From Narcine bancroftii (taxonomy: Eukaryota): a stretch of DNA of 64,000 bases. The stretch's first letter is position 1; each line of letters begins with the position of its first letter. The translations under genes and the position numbers were made by a program. The notes under the pieces were generated by a model. It was not told where the DNA came from and made no database searches. It saw only the letters and a list, made by a program, of their open reading frames with translations. Shown piece by piece: positions 12,129 to 25,857 of the stretch. The stretch spans positions 80,786,001 through 80,850,000 of the forward strand of contig NC_091480.1 of NCBI RefSeq assembly GCF_036971445.1, written 5' to 3'.

Positions 12129-13529
12129 TAGTGTTAATGTTCTTACCTCATGAATAGTGGGAGCTGTAGGTGATCAGTGGAAACAGATTCTTCCTTCGGA
12201 TAGAGAAACACCCAATACCCAACTATTTCAATTCCTTTCACCGCTCCCATACTGACATGTCTGGCCTTGTCTGTTGCCAGAGTGAGGGCAAACATATTCT
12301 TCCTGAACAGCCTTAAAATGTCACCATATAGAGTCGTAATGTCCTAAATTTGTATTCTGTGCAGTACATTGCTGCAGCATTGAAAAATAAAGTTCATGAG
12401 GCTGAGAAAAAGGATCAGTTAACTTAATTAAAGTTGTAGAGTCTGCAATGTACATGAATGTATGTTGTAAACATTTAATGACCAGAGATACTGGAATTAG
12501 TTTATTACTGTTTTCAAGTTTGGAAATCACTTACTTAACCGTGAGAAACTCTGGATGATTATTAAGGACAAAACACTTGAAGCTGCCAGAAGGAGGAAAA
12601 ATGCTTCAGGCAATAAGGTGGATGGAAGTGAGGAGAGGCAATTACTTTTGTACTAATGATAACATGGAAAAGTGGCTCTGTGTTTAAACCTGGATTTAAA
12701 TTTGGGTTTAATTGCAATGATAGTCCTTGAATTCTATAGCTGGAACCTGGACAACTTTGTTCTATTCTTTGAAGAAAGAATCTTACAAACTTGCTGATCA
12801 TTGTTAATGCCAAAATTAGTTTGAATGAAGGAAAATGTCAGCATTACTTAAAATTTTCTGCTCTAACAATTTGGGAATCATGCCTGAAACTGCTTCCTTC
12901 CGTGTCCTTCGTGTTAGATGAAGCTGCCACATTTTGTGGGATGGATAAAGAAGATGGTAAAGCCAGTGATGGTGGTGCATTTCATACATTCTGATAGCAT
13001 TCCGCATGGTTATAATGTAGAAAAAAACTAGAAATTACTTGAATGCGATGATATTCCCTGATGCTTCTGTGTTGGAACCATTATAGGTCATATATTGTGG
13101 AAAAAAAATATTTGAAAAGCTCAGAGTGAAAAATAGTGTCAATGATAACAGTGATTGAGAAGGTTGTCGTTGTCTTGGTGTCGACACATGAAGTTTTTGA
13201 CAGTTCGTGTTAACATTGTGGAATATCTCTTTCTGCAAATCGAGGAGCTGCTATTCTTCTCCTGGGTCTGTCTACACAGTGAGCGGTTAGGGCCAGCTGA
13301 AAAATAATTACTGTAAACTCATTGTCTAAACAGCAATTCAAATCATGAGTCTTATTCATTTAAAGCCAAACCCTTAATCTTGCCATCAGATTACCACTGT
13401 CTTTTGGAACCCTCCAATAATCTTTCATTTCTTTTTTGTACTTTATCCTGGAATGAAGGTCCTCTACCGCACCTCGTATAAAAGTCTTAACGTTTGTACT
13501 TGCCTTAGTAATTGAAAGGAATATATTTT

Positions 13530-14100
13530 CCATGGAATGCTACAACACAAAAACAGGCCTTCAGTGCCAAACTATTTTTCTGCTTGGTCCCATCGATCTG
13601 CACCAGACCATAGCCCTCCATACTCCTCCAATCCACAACCTAGACAAATTTCTCTTAAATGTTGAAATTGAACCCACATCCTCCACTTCCGTTGGCAGCA
13701 CATTCGGCGCTCTCACCACCCTCTGAGTGAAGATGTTCTTCTTAAACATTTCACCTGAACCCATGTCCTCTTGTTCTTCTCTCACCAACTTCAGTGGAAA
13801 AAGCTTGCTTGCGTTTATAATTTTGTATATCTCTTTCAAATCCTCCCCCCTCATTTTCTGAGGCTGCAGGGAATAAAGTCCTAACCTATTCGACCTTTTC
13901 CTATAACACCTCCTCAAGTCTTGGCAATATCCCTGCAAATTTTCTCTGCACTTTTTCAATCATATTGATAACTTTCCTTTAGGTAGGTAACCAAAGCTGC
14001 ACATAATTTTTCAAATTTGGCTTCACCAATGTCTTGCATAACTTCAACATTCCTGTAATCAATACTTTGATTAACGATAGCCAATGTGCCAAAAGCAAGT
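13530..14100 (-). mobile_element. CR1-like LINE 3' fragment
   Basis: RLGLYSL...RGEDLKEIYKII...FTQRVV...LPTEV..VGSISTFKRNL in ORF 13561-13959. Confidence 0.75.
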
Positions 14101-14177
14101 GTTCTATTTGCTTTCAGATGTGCTATCCATTATTAAGATTGACAAGATTTTCCAAAACTGGCATTTCCTTGTTCCAG

Positions 14178-15762
14178 GTTCCTCTTGCTTCAGCTGAAAG
14201 AATTCTGTGGCGAGTTTCTGAAGAAAAAGCTGAACCTTACAAACTGTGTGGCAGTTCACAGCTTGGCCCACATGTACTCTCTGGATCAACTGGCATTGAA
14301 AGCAGCAGACATGATTCGCAGGGACTTTTCAAAGGTGGTCCAAGATGATGAGTTCTACACTCTACCTTTCCATCTGGTCAGAGACTGGCTGTCAGACTCT
14401 GAGATCACCGTGGATTCTGAGGAAGTTCTTTTTGAAGCTGTGGTGAAGTGGGTGCACCGGAACCCTGAGGAAAGGGAGAAGCACTTTGAGGAGTTGTTTA
14501 AACTCTTGCGACTGCCCCAGATGAAACCCACTTACCTTACTCGCATCATTAAATCTGAGCAGCTCGTAGCTGAGAATGCCAACTGCCTCAAGCTTGTTTC
14601 AGAAGCAGTGGAAGGTCATGCGCTGAGATCAGAAAACCTGCAGCCTGCCAACCTGGAGCACTGGGCAACCCATGTTGTGTCCTTCCAACCTCGCTTTGGG
14701 CAGAACATGGACATCATTATGGTAGTAGGTGGCGTGTCAGAGGGTGGGGATTACCTGAGTGAATGTGTGGGATATTTCATCAATGAGGATCGTTGGGTGA
14801 ATCTCCCTCACATTCACAACCACCTAGATGGCCACGCTGTGGCCATTACAGAATCCCACATCTATGTAGCTGGCTCGATGGAGCCTGGATTTGCAAGGAC
14901 TGTTGAACGGTACAACCCAAACAGAAACAACTGGGAGCAGGTTAGCAACCTGATTATGAGGAAGCATTCCTTTGGCTTGACAGCAGTGAAGCAAAATTTG
15001 TACAGTATTGGGGGGCATGGGAATTTCAGCCCAGGATTCAAGGATGTTGATGTTTATGAACCTGAACAGGACAGGTGGCACCATTTGGAATCAGCCCCCA
15101 AAATACTACGGGATGTTAAAGCCATCACCGTGGAGGACCGTTTTGTATATGTTACTGCTCGCACTCCTGTGGACACTGATAATGAGGATGGTTTGGAGAC
15201 TGTAAATGCAAAGTATGATACAGACACGAGGCAGTGGCAAGATGTGGAGTCTTTACCATTGCTTGATAATTACTGTGCCTTCCAGATGGCCATCGCTGCC
15301 ACCAACTTTTATCATACTGCCTCGTGCTGTCCCAAGTGTTATCCTGTGACAGACAATGAAGCGAAGGACAAAATCTCCAGTATGACAGCCGACGAAATCC
15401 TGGAGAGTTTACCACCAGAAGTGTTAAATATTGAAGGCGCAGCAATCTGTTACTTCCGTGATGACATCTTCATCATCGGTGGCTGGAGGAACAGTGATGA
15501 CATGGACAAACAGTATCGGAAGGAGGCGTACCGCTACTGCGCAGAGCGGAAGCGTTGGATGCTGCTGCCTCCCATGCCCCATCCCCGGTGCCGGGCGACT
15601 GCTTGCCATGTGAGAATACCATACAGGTACCTGTATGGAGCCCAGAGGTACCCAATGCCACAGAACCTAGCCAGGCAAAGAGAGAGGCTACAGCAGATGC
15701 AGCAACTGCATCGGCGTTCTCTGTTTCTGAGGCGCCAGCTGCAACCTCAAGTTGAATGTTGA
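14178..15762 (+). CDS. KLHL11: Kelch-like protein 11, exon 2 (BACK domain and kelch repeats)
   Basis: ttccag acceptor; G+[18 protein letters not shown]...[11 protein letters not shown]; joins exon 1 in frame (1950 nt, 649 aa). Confidence 0.97.
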
Positions 15763-17032
15763 CATAACGTACTTTTTAAATTATATTTTATTTTCATTCT
15801 TCATTCATACTTCTACCATACAGAGCAGTTACTGGTTGGTGGGTTGCAACACTCCCATCCAAGACTCAGCTGCCCGAGAGATGTAGAATTTGTTGGCAAA
15901 CATAGGTAACCATAATTTCTGCCTACTCCAAGTATAAGATGGCTGAGTCAACGAACCTTAAAGGCAGTTAAATGTGGGGACTGTTTCTTGGTTGGTTGGA
16001 TAGAATTATTTTGACCAAATTTTAAATGTGCCATTTCCAAGAAAATGCTGTTCCTTGGAGTTACCTGCATGCACTTACTCACTTCATTCCTACCTCTACC
16101 ATTGAGTACAAATTTTATTTCAAAATGCAGAATTTTAAGTAACTTCCTTTTCCTTTTAGAAAGATGGAGGGCCTTTTCAGTCAAGGTAAGTTCCTCCTGT
16201 TCAGTGTTGTCAACATGGCACTACTCTTTGATCTACTTCATGTGGCTGTCTGACAGCTTTCTCAAATGCAAAAAGACTAAGGGGATGGAAAATTTGGTTT
16301 AACAAACTCATGGGTGCCCGTGCACATTCAGAAGGGTTCAAGCAATCCTAAACAATTGACTGAATATCAGAAGTGATAGCTTCTGTGGCACAACCGAATT
16401 GACAATTTGGTCTGGGTTGTCCAGTTATGACCCATTGAGGAATGTTGCATTTTGAAAACCTCAGCCACATACTAAAGCAGCAGAGGGTTCCCTAAGCACT
16501 TTGGTTATTGTACTTTAAGAAGAATGGAGCCAGTGGTGAGAAACCCAGTTAACAATTTCTAACATTTTAGCAATGATGACATTTTGCTGATTGAAAGTAA
16601 TTGTCATTCTTTTTATTATTTGCTTTTATGATTGAAATATCTGTCAGCAAATGTTAATCAAGAAATCTGATGTGTGGCAGACCAGATCATAGATAACACC
16701 TACCCTTCATTGGCTGATTGGGGAACATCTCAGAGCTCTAGTAAAGGGCATGATGATAGAGTTTATTTCAATATTGCCAGGTGGGCGTCACTGATTGGAG
16801 CAAGTGCTTTCCCTCTTTTTTTTCCTCTGTCATCTATTCCACTCATTGCTGGCATCGATATGAGCTTGGTTTGATACAGTCGCTTGGATCATAAGTACTG
16901 TGAGTTGAATTTTGTATCTTGTTCCTTCTATTGATGCTTCACATCTCTGAAAACGTGTTCCTCTTTCTTTAAAGTGTTCCTCTTGTCTTCCTGTGCAGTC
17001 TTCTTAAACACTACATCCACACAATTATTCCA

Positions 17033-17264
17033 CAGGTAGTCCTCATCTTATGACCATAATTGGGACTGAAAGATTGGTCATAACTCGGATTGTTCTTGTT
17101 GGATTCACATGTCTTGACAAGGTATTAAATAATTTTTCAAAAAACATTTCAACCAATGAACCTTTAATGAAGAATCTCAGCATATATACACAATATATTT
17201 TTAAAATTTGGTCGCTTGTGTGGGTGGATGTAAACCACGTAGGTCGTAAGTTGAGGACTACCTA
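17033..17264. mobile_element. Tigger-like MITE in the putative KLHL11 3' UTR
   Basis: TIRs caggtagtcctcatcttatgacc / ggtcgtaagttgaggactaccta. Confidence 0.7.
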
Positions 17265-19811
17265 TAATTAAAAATCTAGGAAGCATTGAAATGCAATATT
17301 GTCAAATGATTCTGTGACATCACATTAGTGTCTTCAAGGTATATTTTAGTTATGTCTGTTGTGGTGCTGTCACTTTAAGTTGCAATGGACATGTACATCA
17401 TTGAACATTGAATTCTAGGATGTAGTTTCCAAGTATAGGTAAGGAGCTATGCTTGGGAAGAAGAGATGGAAATTTGAACAGACCATCCTAATTTCTCACT
17501 TCTGTATCAGAAATTTCTGAGCGTAGAGTAAATGGTTCATATCTGAGGTTTGATTTCATTTGTAAAATGCCTTGGCAGGGAGGTTTTATTGGTAAAAAGA
17601 TATGGCTGTGTTGTTATTTGGGTTTGGGCTGTTCCTTCACCACCTTCTTTGACAAGGCTGTCTTAATTAGTGAGGAGTATGTACTACAGATTGCCACAAT
17701 GTTTACACAGCTTTTTATCTATAAATGCAACAGTTATTAATTCTCATTCATTTTCATTTGATAATGTTCTAATGTCTCCAAAATGAATCAGTCTTTATCT
17801 TGTTGCTCATGTCCAAAACCACAGCGCAACTTCCTGCTTAATGTTGACAATCACCAGTAGCCAAGTGCTACTATTTCCCTTCTTGTTTAAATACTAAATT
17901 GAATTGGAACCAGTAATTACATATAGTCAGTCAACCAAATTAGAGTATTTGCCTTGTCCAAAGTAGAATTGCACCTAAGCTATTGTTGTCAGTGACCTGG
18001 CTGCACTTACTTGGTATTACACACCTTAACTGAGCTTGTGTCTGGAGAGTGCGTTTGAAAGACAGGCTCTGTTTATTTGCTGGGTAATGGCCACATTTTA
18101 AAATTGTATGCGGTCTTAATTGTACTTAATACTCATGACATTTTCAGCTGCACCGCTTTCAGAATTTGTCCTTGATTTTACTCCTTGTGAAAACATCCAT
18201 CTGTGCTGTCAAATGGATCTCCACACAAAACCAAACCGAGAGAATATTGTGCCAAGTTGTATTGTTCAAAAAGTTTTATTCATTGAGATGTGGCCTCTGG
18301 TTGAGTAATTGAGAATGGAAACTAACGCGCTAGCTGCTCTTTCAATTTGTGTTTGTCACAGTGAGGTTCAGAATCAAGAGGAAATGCATTATCCTGCACT
18401 TGTCCAACTTCTAAAATGATCATCACTTGGTGCTGTTTGAAATTAGGTACTGGAATTTCTTAAGTCTGCATTACATTGCTGATGAGACATTTTATTTTTA
18501 GACTTGGCACAAACAATATTGGAAGTAATGGTAAGTGATACAGTAGCATGATTTAACATGAGAGTTATGATCACTGCCTGTTTGACATGGAAAACTAAAC
18601 ACAGTGAGAAATGTTATGCTGTCGCTCTCCAATAATCCAGCAGAAGTAAGTTGGTATTTCCTTCAGCATGAAGCCTTCCTGATTGCTTATGGTGGTGTTT
18701 CATGGTCTGTAAACAGTATTTTCAGTATCCCCGTTATAATACAGATCTTACACGAGGTTTTATTAAAAACCACGCATTTTTTAAAAATCCATCTTTATTC
18801 TACTTTCTTCCCCCCTGAATTTCACTCCTCTCTGGGGCATGAGATCCACCAATCTTGTCCTGGACTATTGAAGAGAGCTTCAGTGTCCACAACAATTTGT
18901 CTGTTAACATGCATGTGATTTTGGTTGTTATCAATCTTCCTGTTTGGCTTGTTTTCTGCCTCTGTTTATTATAGGTTATTAAACAACTCTGGTTGTCCTG
19001 CTTGGCTTTTCTCTCCTGAGATGAAGTAATGAGATGTAATCTATTTGATGTGGAAGGTGTGTTTATATCATTTCCCATTCTGAAGTGTGCACAATTATCA
19101 GACTTAAACCTGCATTTGTTTGAAAGAACTAACAATGTATCTGTATGTTTAACTCGCCTTGTTCTCAGACTGCTTTTTTTGGGGGGGGGGTTACATTCTC
19201 TTTGTTTCCTTGGGTTTTTAATTTTAATTTGTTCTTTAATTACTCAAATCATTCTACTTTACATCCCTCTCTCCAGTTTCTATTTTGAAGATAAATCCAT
19301 CAGAGCAGGCAGCAGAGATTACATGTCTAAATAAATGTGTGCTCCATGTAGCCGTGCATGAATTGCATAGATGAACAAGTGTTTTTTGCTAAATTTTCTC
19401 CTTTTGGCCAGGACAGTAGAGAATTTGGATAATGTATAGTAATATGAATTATTGGGAGGGGAAATTCATTAAATTCTATTGTGTTTTTGTTTGGACCTCA
19501 GGTGAGTTACTTTCTTGTATTTGGGCAAATGTTGTTCAGTTTATTTCTGTTATACTTCCCAATTTTTCTGTCCCTCTTGTCAAAAGCTTTTGTTCAAAAC
19601 AAAGTGGACTTTTAGACTCGCTCCTTAATGGATTTGGGCAGCTAGCTGGACACAGTTGAACTAGTAGAGGAAGGAGAATCTTACAAACTGAACGTTCGTG
19701 CTTATCACTCGACCACCATTCGAAACATTTGCATCCAGATTGACTTGACCTCACAAATCCTTTCTATGATGCATGTGTAGCAATGTGATACTCCAGCTCT
19801 CATTTTTATAA

Positions 19812-19817
19812 AATAAA
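19812..19817 (+). terminator. Candidate KLHL11 polyA signal (alternatives at 19330 and 20883)
   Basis: AATAAA at the end of a TE-poor AT-rich tract of about 4 kb downstream of the stop. Confidence 0.3.
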
Positions 19818-21013
19818 GCTTATCAACAAGAGTTGCATTTACCATGGATATGTGTCTCTTTTATACTGAATGCATAACAGCCAAGAGCACAGTAGAATTC
19901 AATTTTAGTTACCTGTATTTTTTTTTAATGTGGCTTTCTTTGCCCTTTAGGAGATGGGGCAGTATATTAGTATTAGACCAGACACCACTCTACAATTATA
20001 ACTTACCCCTCTTGTTTTCCATTATGATCTTGTATTGGGACTTTTTGTACTTTTAATTTTCAAAAGTATACATTTATACACTAGCATTAAGTATAATCAA
20101 TCCTGTGACCATTAGATCTGGTTTATTATAATAAATTACGAACCCCAGCCTATTTTACAGACTGACAGTCTTCTTTGTTGTGCCTTTTCATATCTCATCA
20201 CAATATTGAAGGTCAATTGGCCCATCAATGTAACCTGCTCTCAGAGCAGTACCATTTTCCCATTTATTTTCCTGTGACTTATCCTCCCATGTATCCCATT
20301 TAAATGCTCACCTAAACTTGGGCAATATACAGCAGCCAATTCATTTAATGGTACCTTGGTCACTATAAGTCTGCATCAATAGGTAATCTCCATAAACCTC
20401 TTGGAAATTCAAATAATTAAAGAGGTATTTGCATTCAACAATGTAACTTTTCCTGTCTTAAGGTATTTTAGAATATTGTAAATTACTGAAGATAATTTAA
20501 CAAATACGAATAATAAATTAGTGAAGAGCAGAAGATGATGTTTCAGGTTTTTAAATTTTGTCTGTAAACAAATATCGGAAATCCACCAGTCAGAGTGCTA
20601 CCTTTTTTTGTTATTCAGCTTGGGGAAGCTAAGCAACTGGATGGTGTTCAAATTTTTAAAGTTGGGACCTAACACAATGTAACATCTTAATCTGCTCATT
20701 TACATCTTTCCAAGATCACATAGTTTGCTTTTACTCAGCAAAAGCAGAGCAACTTTGGGATTGGAATAATTCCTGGCAAAAAAGATTATTATTTAACAAG
20801 CATTCTTGACATACATCTCTATTACAATCAACATTCAACTCTTAGACAGCAATACGAAGAAGGCTCTCATCCCTTTTTTTTAAATAAAGATGCTCAATGC
20901 TTGCTTTGTGGGCTTCCCACATTTCCCAAAAGAAAAGATTCAAGGCATGAATATGGAGCATTAACCTGATTAATTAATTTAAATTAGCTGAGTAGGTAAA
21001 AGAATGAATATGC

Positions 21014-22041
21014 TGTGATGGAATATTTGGGAATGTTTTTGGGAGATAAATTGGGAAAAGTAGAGTAGGTTACATTCACACACTTTAAAACAGATCTTAT
21101 TTGAAATACTGAAGAATTCATATTCAGTGACTTTACAGAAACTATGGAGAATGCTATGGAGATTTCACAAGTGGCTGTCAATTGAAGTGAATGAATGGAC
21201 TATTGTCTTTAAAGCCACAGCAAGAGACAGGCTCTCTCCTAATACCTCTTCACAGAAAGGTCATTGAGGGGCTCTTGATTACCTAAAAACAACAGATGAA
21301 CCAAAAGACTAACTCCTATTGTTTGCTGGAGAAGGTCAGGGGTTTTGCAAGTGAGAGAGAGAAGGACACATGCTTCCTGGCAGTTTGAGTCTCAGAGAGA
21401 GAGACAGAAGGGAGTCTTGGACTGTGTATGTGACACAGAAAGCTGTAACAAGCCAGGAGAAGTTTGTTGGAACTGAAACAGAAGCTCCAGAGTGGCGGAT
21501 GGCTGGAAGTGGTATGTCTGATGTTTCTCTAGGAATAAGAGGAACAGAAAGGAACTCTGTGATAGCCTGAAAGAAAGAGGATATAATTTGGAGAACCCTG
21601 ATGGGACAAGTTTCATCAGCACAACACTGAGGTGACTAATGGTGGTACCTCAGTTGTGGGAATCCTGGAACCACACATCTCTCTCTACAAAACCTAAAGA
21701 ACCTTTCTGAGCGGTAACCATTTACCTTTCGAGCACCAAAGACTGGTGAACTTTATACATGTTAAATTCTGTGCACAGTATAAGAATTGCCTGCAACCAG
21801 AGAATTTGGAAGAATGAGAAGTGAGATTGGACTGTGAACCAAAGAAGTTTTTAAAATTTACACACACATATTACATACACGTGCGCTTAGAATTAGAAGT
21901 GGGGGGGTTAAGTTGGGTTAGTCTATAGTGATAAATTAAAATTTGATTCTGTTTTCATATTTAAAGATAATTAAAAACAACTTTTGTTTAATCATTTGTC
22001 GTAGTGAATATCTATTGCTGCTGGGTTTTGGGCTCGTAACA
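21014..22041 (+). mobile_element. Solo LTR, about 1.0 kb, Gypsy-like
   Basis: TG...CA ends (tgtgatgg ... gggctcgtaaca); 4-bp TSD ATGC on both sides; homolog of 4791-5801. Confidence 0.85.
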
Positions 22042-22292
22042 ATGCAAGATCTTACAGACAACAATGAAATTAATACCTAATTAATTTGATGTTGCTAGTT
22101 AAACAATGACTTTTGTGACTTGTTCATGACAATACATTCTAATTCTGATAAAGCCTAGATTCTAACAGAAAAACTGCAGGGATGAGAGATATCTGAAATC
22201 TAGAAAGTATTTTAACTTCCATTCTAGAATCCAGTGATAAATCTTATTTTGGGAAAATTAACTATTAGTAAAATGCTATCATAATCCGTCAT

Positions 22293-22361
22293 TTTGTCAA
22301 TGATTTCATCTTTGAATTCATCTTTGTCAATGATTTCATCTTTGAATTCATCTTTGTCAAT
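22293..22361. repeat. 30-bp tandem duplication (about 2.3 copies)
   Basis: tttgtcaatgatttcatctttgaattcatc repeated perfectly. Confidence 0.85.
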
Positions 22362-22825
22362 TATTACAAGCATTCTATAATAATTTTTTATCTACATACT
22401 TCCTGCCATTTTGCATTTACTAAATTAAGTCTCTTGGGATATAAATTCCATATCTGCATTTTTCCATTCCCGTATTCGTTTAAACCTTAAGTGACATCAA
22501 TTCTTTGATGCTGTAGTAAACAGAAGAGTCCTGATTGTACATGTCCTCCCTTGGAACTCAGACCTTTAGAATAAGGAATCAGTTTCTTAGCTGTTCTCCT
22601 TTGAGAAATTAACAGGGAATTTAATCACTCATTCTCTTACATACACAGCAATAAAGCTAATCTGGACATTGTTACATAATCCTGAAAACAAGGAGTTGCT
22701 TTTTCAAAACTGATAATGCTCTTCCTGTTCTGCATGAACATTCTTAGCATTTCTTCAGGCAGCTACCAGGAAATGCATACATACTAATCTTCACACAGTA
22801 TTTAAAAAAGTATTTTAAAACAAGT

Positions 22826-22831
22826 TTTATT
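22826..22831 (-). terminator. Candidate KLHL10 polyA signal (another at 22868-22873)
   Basis: TTTATT on + (AATAAA on -), 40-85 nt past the stop. Confidence 0.5.
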
Positions 22832-22910
22832 TATGGTTATTACACTGTTGATTCTTCAGGAAAATATTTTATTGGCAAAGGCAAAGGATGATTGAATTGT
22901 CATGCTGAGA

Positions 22911-23288
22911 TCATACTGTTATAAGACTAGTAGAGGCAGAGTACTTTATTTGTTCCTCACGGGACAGTAATCCTAGCAAACTGTCTCTAGGCGCTGCGTA
23001 CTCCCTTACGTTGGGGAGACCTGGCACCACGCAGCAGCTCAGGGCACTGCGGTAGATGCTCATGTCATGAGCGTCATACCATTCATCCGTCTTCTCATCG
23101 TAGCACTCCACATTAAACGTTGTTGTGAAACCATTGAAACCACCCACGACAAACAACAGGTCATCTACTACTTCGATGCCAAAGTTGCTCCGAGGATTAA
23201 ACATGGTGGGCAAGGTGCGCCAAGTGTTGGTGAGTGGGCTGTAAGCTTCAGCACTCCGAAGTCGGTTTGCGCCATCAAACCCTCCAAC
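22911..23288 (-). CDS. KLHL10: Kelch-like protein 10, exon 5 (last)
   Basis: ttag|VGGFDGANRLRSAEAYSP..PTMFNPRSNFGIEVVDD..KYSASTSLITV*. Confidence 0.96.
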   Translation of the reverse strand, partial: VGGFDGANRLRSAEAYSPLTNTWRTLPTMFNPRSNFGIEVVDDLLFVVGGFNGFTTTFNVECYDEKTDEWYDAHDMSIYRSALSCCVVPGLPNVREYAAPRDSLLGLLSREEQIKYSASTSLITV

Positions 23289-23649
23289 CTAACATTCAAA
23301 AGATAAATTCAGATGTTTACTGCAAAGAAAGTGGCCTTTTATTTATCTCAGAGTAAGTAGTGTGGAATATTATCTTTATATAATTTTTAAATTGGTGTAA
23401 TTTTATGGCACCTGCAGTATTGTGTCATGTGGACATTTAATAATCGCAAAGAGATTTTGAGAAGTGCAAATTGTTAATCATTCTGGAAATTGGGAATTTT
23501 ACTTTTTCCAAATAAAGGAATATTTCCTTGGAAGTAGAGGTTCCAATAAGAAAAGATTTAAATGTTATCTCCAAGATAGTGAAGGTTAACAAAATCTACC
23601 CACAAAAATTGGTTGTGGCTAGAAAGGTGGAGAAGAATTTTCACAAACG

Positions 23650-24420
23650 AGATTACTCCACAGGTTACTATAAACCCACTAACTTCCACAGCTAACTCTT
23701 CCCATCATGTCTCTTGCAAGAAAGCTATCATTTTCTGCTAGTTTCACCATCTCTGCCAAATCTGTTTGCAAGATGAGGTCTTCCATTCCAGGACATCTGA
23801 ACTGTCTTCCATTTGTGTTTGAAACTGCCTCCATTTCTCAGACTTCTTATTTCACCCTTCTCCCATCCCTTCAGCAGAACACAGTCAGTTTCCCTAGTCC
23901 TCACCTTTCACCCAACTAGTCAAAGCATCCAGTACATCATGCTTTTGCATTTCCACCAGCTGCAATGGGATCCATAGCCACATGTCCACACCCTCTTCCA
24001 CTTTATACCAGGACCACTCTATGACCCCACCCACACCTAACCCTGACACTTGCTTGTTCTTACACATCCTACCACGCCATCATCCAGGGACTTAAGTACA
24101 GTAGCTCCAGGTGAGGCAAAAATTCACATGCACCTCCTCCAACCTTATCTACTGCATTCTTGCTCCCTCCTCAACATAGGAAAGTCCAAATGTAGGAAAC
24201 ACAAGGCAGTTTCAAACAGAAAAGGAAGACAGTTCAGATGTCCTGGAATGGAAGGCTTCATCCTGCAATTTAGTGCTCTGTACACAATGGTGATCCCAAA
24301 CTCCTGGCTGCATGCTGTTTCAAATTTCCTTCTCATTCCTACGCTGCCCTAGGTGTCTTTGGCCTTAGTGTGAGAGGTCCCATGCAAATTAAAGGGCCAA
24401 GACTTCATATTGTGCCATGG
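23650..24420 (+). mobile_element. Decayed Penelope-like element fragment
   Basis: Similar to the GIY-YIG-region repeats at 39750-40260 and 56310 (ccaggtgaggcaaaa.ttcacatgcacctc); heavily decayed. Confidence 0.5.
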
Positions 24421-25707
24421 TAGCCAACGCTTACACCCGTGTTTACCCTCCCCCTTCTCTTTTGATCCATTTTTGTCCCTTTCCCTTACCCTACCCAATC
24501 TCCATTTTCATCTCCCAATTTATTCCGTTCACCTATCTCCCGCACATTACACCCATTTGATCCCTTTTGCCATCTGTTCCCATCAGCCTCTCTTGATTTA
24601 ATGAACCTCCTTAAGGTCACCCCTCAGCCTCCTATCCTCCAGAGAAAAAGGCACCAGCCTATCCAATTTCTGCTCATGACTCCTGCCCCTGTTGATTCCC
24701 ACTATCACCTTCCTTGCTTATTACATTCTAATAACTACCATTTCTCAGAAGCACTTTCTCCCTCCCCTCCATATACCCATTATTTCTCTTTAGCTGCTTC
24801 AATGTATTGCTCATATGCCTCTTGTCTCCCACCACCTAGCTACATCTATCCATGAATCTCACCTCTCCTATCACCTACTGTCCCCCTCTCATCCCTCTCT
24901 TTATACTCAGTATTTTTCCTCCACTTAGTCCTGATGCAAGGACTTTACTTGAAACATTGACAATTCCTTTCCCACCATGGGTGCAGCTTGACCCCACTGA
25001 ATTTCTCCAGCAGTCTGTTATACAATCCAGAAATTGTTTATTTCAGATACCGGATTAGCATATTCCCACATCTCTCAGTTACTTTATCAAAAGCACATTA
25101 TGTGGGAGGGGGGCGGAGCAAAAGAATGAACATGTATTTCTGCAGCATCATTTACTGTCTCAGCCTGATCACAAAAAATAGTTTGTATTTCTTCGAATGT
25201 TGGAGATTAGTGGCCAATTTAGGCACAGCAAATATCCCACAGCCAGCAGTGAGTCAAAAGATCAGGAATACTACTTAAGCAAACAATATTTTCAAAGACC
25301 AAAGAAAATTCTAGATTTTTATTGCTCTCTGGCATCTTCAACTACATCAAGGAGATTAGGGGTCATGCTGTGACACTTTATTTCAAAGGCACCAGGTCTG
25401 TACTGTAACAATTCCACAGTATTATATATAGAAATGTCAGCCTGAAAGCTGAATCCATATCCAAATTCTACATTCTATCTTGTTCAAGGCACGACCTCTC
25501 AACTCCTTTTCCCTGTCCTGGCTTGCATCTCCTATGGTATTTAATCATTCATTTAAACTCCATTCCACTTCCTCCTCTGGCACTCCGATTTCCCACCCTT
25601 ATTCTATTCCGAAAAGTCTCCTTAATTTGATTTTTCTCTCTATTTTTTACCCCAACATAAGAGGGAGGTTGATTATGAGTCTATGCTTACAAGATGTTGT
25701 TACTTAC

Positions 25708-25857
25708 TGAATATACGCATTCACCATAAGCTATAACACCAACACCACTGCGCCTGCTTCTCATGGGTGCTATGGTTGTCCATTGGTTGGTTTCTGGAGT
25801 ATAGAACTCAGCTGTAAACAAGCACTCGTTACCATTGAATCCTCCGCATATGTAGAC
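25708..25857 (-). CDS. KLHL10: Kelch-like protein 10, exon 4 (absent from the ORF track)
   Basis: cag|VYICGGFNGNECLFTAEFYTPETNQWTTIAPMRSRRSGVGVIAYGECVYS|gtaagt; 150 nt, phase 0/0. Confidence 0.95.

Noticed and set aside
10998-12157. Many overlapping ORFs, including PTNE/FIGR/FHWS repeat peptides
   Set aside because: By-products of the GC-rich KLHL11 exon 1 and the ATTGG array; no coding signature.
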